Source of the DNA: Clostridiaceae bacterium
GTDB taxonomy: Bacteria; Bacillota; Clostridia; Saccharofermentanales; UBA5734
NCBI GenBank assembly: GCA_012729935.1
Contig: JAAYBY010000107.1
Location: forward strand, 1-36,135
Direction of reading: 5' to 3'
Length of the DNA: 36,135 nt
The translations under genes and the position numbers were made by a program. The notes below the pieces were generated by a model that saw only the letters and a program-made list of their open reading frames with translations, ran no database searches and had not been told where the DNA came from. This document shows, one piece after another, positions 33,379 through 36,135 of this stretch (within the stretch, counting starts at the first letter, position 1; each line of letters opens with the position of its first letter).

Positions 33379-35676
33379 TTAGAAATGACGCTCGTTACGT
33401 CGGCCTGATGAGCCGTTGTCATCGCGTTCGCGTTGTACCGGTCGATTACGTTCAGGAGCATTGCTTCGTTCCTGACGCTCAGGACCGCTGTTTCGGTCAT
33501 GACTGCGGGGATTGCGTCCACCACGTCGACGATCAACAGTAGGACGATCATTCGATCCTTCTGATCGTTGATCCTCGAATCCTTCCGGTTTTTGCTGGGT
33601 ATCGCGAATTGACAGATTAATGCGTCCCTGACTGTCGATCTCCAGCACCTTGACTTTGACCGTATCGCCTTCCTTCACAACGTCTTCAACCCGTTCAACC
33701 CGTCTCCAGGCAAGTTTTGAAATATGGACCAGTCCTTCTTTACCGGGCAGGAATTCGACAAAGGCACCAAAATTCATCAGACGTGTGACAACGCCTTCGA
33801 ATTCCTGGCCAACTGCCGGATCATGCGCGATACCTTCAATCATCTTTAAAGCTTTGTCCGCAGCCGCGCTGTTCGGTGATGCGACAAATACACGGCCATC
33901 ATCTTCAATATCAATCTCAACACCGGTCTCTTCAATGATTCGGTTGATAACTTTACCGCCGGCTCCTATGACTTCGCGGATTTTGTCAACAGGAATCACC
34001 GTTTGAATAATTTTCGGTGCATAAGGTGACAGTTCCTGGCGCGGCTCGCTGATGCACGGTGTGATAACGTCTTCAATGATCTGCAGACGTCCTTTGCGCG
34101 TCATGGCCAGTGCATCTCGGATAATGCCATGCGAAAGGCCGTCCACTTTAATGTCAACCTGAATGGATGTTATTCCTTCAGTTGTGCCGGCTACTTTGAA
34201 ATCCATGTCTCCAAAAAAGTCTTCGATTCCCTGGATATCCATGAAAACCATATAATCGTCTGCTTCCGCATCTTTGACGATGAGGCCAGCAGATATACCG
34301 GCAACCGGACGTTTGATCGGAACACCTGCATCCATCAGAGCCAGCGTACTGGCACAGACAGATCCCTGAGATGTTGATCCATTCGACATTGTGACTTCCG
34401 AGACGCATCGAATAGCATAAGGAAAATCGTCCTCACTGGGCAGGACCGGAACCAGAGAACGTTCTGCCAATGCACCATGACCGATTTCGCGACGGCCAGG
34501 TGAACGCGCGAACTTCGCTTCACCCGTAGAATAGCCGGGCATATTATAGTGATGCATGTATCTTTTTTCATCTTCATTATCCAGGCCATCAAGCTTTTGT
34601 ATTTTAGACAGCGGCCCCAGTGTGCAGGTTGTCAGCACCTGTGTCTGTCCTCTCTGGAACAGGCCGGTCCCGTGAACACGCGGAAGCAGACCAACATCAG
34701 CCGATAAAGGTCTGATTTCATCAAGTCTGCGGCCATCCACACGTCTCTGTTCATTCAACAGATATTCGCGTACCACAAACTTTTCAAGCTGGTCGATTGC
34801 ATCTGCGGTATATGCTTCCCATTCCGGATCGATTGATACCAAATGGGCTTTTGTCTCGTTTAGCAGTTCGGATACCGCTGCATCACGCTCGCTTTTATCA
34901 GCAGCAAGAACCGCATTACGCATCGTTTCATATGCGAAGTCTTTTGTTGCCGCTGTAACAGCTTCCGGCAGTTTATTCGATTCATAGGCAAACTTTTCTT
35001 TGCCGATTTCTGCAACGATTGAATTGATGAATGTGCAGAGTTCCTGTATAACTTTATGTCCTTCGACAATACCTTCAAATACCTTATCATCCGGCACTTC
35101 GTTGGCATTTGCCTCGATCATGCACACTTTCTTGCTGGTTCCGGCCAGAGTGATAATCATCTCACTCGTTTCACGCTGTTTCTCATCCGGATTAATGACG
35201 ATTTCTCCGTCAACCAGTCCTACATGAACGCCGGCAATCGGGCCGTTAAATGGAATGTCCGAGATGCAGGTTGCAATTGATGTGCCGATCATCGCGGCAA
35301 TTTCCGGTGAGCAATCCTGATCAACGGACAACACGAGATTGTTAACCGCAACAGAATTGCGCAGATCTTTTGGGAATAAAGGACGCAGCGGCCGATCGAT
35401 CACACGAGAGGTCAGGATGGCTTTTTCTGTCGGTCGGCCTTCTCTTTTGATGAAGCCGCCGGGAAATTTGCCAACGCTGTACATTTTTTCCTCGTAATCA
35501 ACGCTAAGCGGGAAATAGTCGACGCCCTGACGCGGCTCAGGTGAAGCGGTAATGGTTGACAATATTACGGTCTCACCATACCGGATCAGACACGATCCAT
35601 TCGCGAACTGTGCGATTCGGCCGGTTTCCACGATAAAGGGTCTGCCAGCCAATTCTGTTTGAAAAATTTTCTCCAT
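33379..35676 (-). CDS. pnp: Polyribonucleotide nucleotidyltransferase (PNPase) with an Arg-rich C-terminal extension
   Basis: Two RNase PH domains, KH (VIGAGGKVINRIIEETG) and S1 (GVVTRLMNFGAFVEF). Start ATG 35676 (MEKIFQTEL...) follows GAGGAGGAA. The track start at 35703 lacks an RBS. Confidence 0.97.
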   Translation of the reverse strand: MEKIFQTELAGRPFIVETGRIAQFANGSCLIRYGETVILSTITASPEPRQGVDYFPLSVDYEEKMYSVGKFPGGFIKREGRPTEKAILTSRVIDRPLRPLFPKDLRNSVAVNNLVLSVDQDCSPEIAAMIGTSIATCISDIPFNGPIAGVHVGLVDGEIVINPDEKQRETSEMIITLAGTSKKVCMIEANANEVPDDKVFEGIVEGHKVIQELCTFINSIVAEIGKEKFAYESNKLPEAVTAATKDFAYETMRNAVLAADKSERDAAVSELLNETKAHLVSIDPEWEAYTADAIDQLEKFVVREYLLNEQRRVDGRRLDEIRPLSADVGLLPRVHGTGLFQRGQTQVLTTCTLGPLSKIQKLDGLDNEDEKRYMHHYNMPGYSTGEAKFARSPGRREIGHGALAERSLVPVLPSEDDFPYAIRCVSEVTMSNGSTSQGSVCASTLALMDAGVPIKRPVAGISAGLIVKDAEADDYMVFMDIQGIEDFFGDMDFKVAGTTEGITSIQVDIKVDGLSHGIIRDALAMTRKGRLQIIEDVITPCISEPRQELSPYAPKIIQTVIPVDKIREVIGAGGKVINRIIEETGVEIDIEDDGRVFVASPNSAAADKALKMIEGIAHDPAVGQEFEGVVTRLMNFGAFVEFLPGKEGLVHISKLAWRRVERVEDVVKEGDTVKVKVLEIDSQGRINLSIRDTQQKPEGFEDQRSEGSNDRPTVDRRRGGRNPRSHDRNSGPERQERSNAPERNRPVQRERDDNGSSGRRNERHF

Positions 35677-35724
35677 AAAGGTTCCTCCTCGGGTATGCAG
35701 CATATTTGCGCTGCTTGTTCTGAA

Positions 35725-35799
35725 CCCGCGGAGCGGTAGACTGTAGATTCCATTCCCGGACTGTTCCGGACGCGCAATCTACCTGCTACTGCCCGCAGG
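35725..35799 (-). promoter_or_regulatory. Long interrupted stem-loop in the rpsO-pnp intergenic leader (candidate RNase III / autoregulatory site)
   Basis: Four helical segments of 7, 7, 7 and 5 bp: 35725-31/35793-99, 35733-39/35786-92, 35743-49/35776-82, 35756-60/35765-69. They are separated by internal loops, with apical loop 35761-64. Confidence 0.5.
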
Positions 35800-35810
35800 T
35801 TGCTCTCAAA

Positions 35811-35841
35811 TTGTGAAAATGGTGAGCGGAAACCGCTCACC
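35811..35841 (-). terminator. rpsO terminator/attenuator hairpin
   Basis: Minus strand: perfect 9-bp stem GGTGAGCGG-TTT-CCGCTCACC followed by ATTTTCACAA. The short T-run suggests partial read-through into pnp. Confidence 0.65.
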
Positions 35842-35852
35842 AGAACACGTTT

Positions 35853-36116
35853 TTACTTTCTGATATTCAGTTTGCTGATAATGGCACGATAACGTTCGAT
35901 ATCGATACGGATCAGATAGTCGAGCATACCGCGTCTCTGGCCGACCATCATCAGAAGGCCACGGCGGGAATGATGATCATTCTTGTGTTCCTTCAAATGC
36001 CCGGTGAGATGGTTGATGCGTTCTGTTAAAAGTGCAATCTGTACTTCCGGTGAACCGGTATCGCCCTCGTGTAAACCATAAGTAGCGATCAGTTCTGCTT
36101 TTCTCTCTTTGTCCAT
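35853..36116 (-). CDS. rpsO: 30S ribosomal protein S15
   Basis: 87 aa with a canonical S15 sequence ([38 protein letters not shown]). AAGGAGG RBS at 36121-36127. Confidence 0.97.
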   Translation of the reverse strand: MDKERKAELIATYGLHEGDTGSPEVQIALLTERINHLTGHLKEHKNDHHSRRGLLMMVGQRRGMLDYLIRIDIERYRAIISKLNIRK

Positions 36117-36135
36117 AGTTCCTCCTTAATGTGCC

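Overview
About 36 kb of chromosome with roughly 50% GC by eye and a gene order typical of Bacillota (Firmicutes/Clostridia-like). Positions 1-21.9 kb form a tightly packed minus-strand housekeeping run: ffh (partial), ylxM, ftsY, smc, rnc, acpP, pgsA, rimO, recX, recA (with a LexA/Cheo SOS box), murJ, cinA, rmuC, folD, ygiQ, ftsK, nudF, rnhA, proC. A plus-strand tRNA-Trp(CCA) follows, then a more accessory stretch at 22-30 kb. This stretch holds a MATE/MOP-like transporter with an internal duplication, azlCD, and a minus-strand trio of LacZ-like GH2 protein, M20 amidohydrolase and metallophosphoesterase. The GH2 protein has lost both catalytic glutamates and most other LacZ active-site residues. 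The most unusual locus is 30.24-33.24 kb. It is a 2.9-kb AT-rich islet inserted into the 3' half of tRNA-Pro(GGG), bounded by a perfect 48-bp direct repeat. It carries a truncated tyrosine integrase and a two-gene cassette. The cassette encodes a membrane-anchored ComEC-type metallo-beta-lactamase protein and a Thr-repeat lipoprotein (7 x 18 bp tandem repeat). Both proteins end in the same ~50-aa H/C/C/C Ada-like zinc module. The window closes with pnp (Arg-rich C-terminal tail, long structured leader) and rpsO. No CRISPR array, rRNA or intact mobile element was seen. All calls come from reading the sequence and the ORF track; no database search was run.
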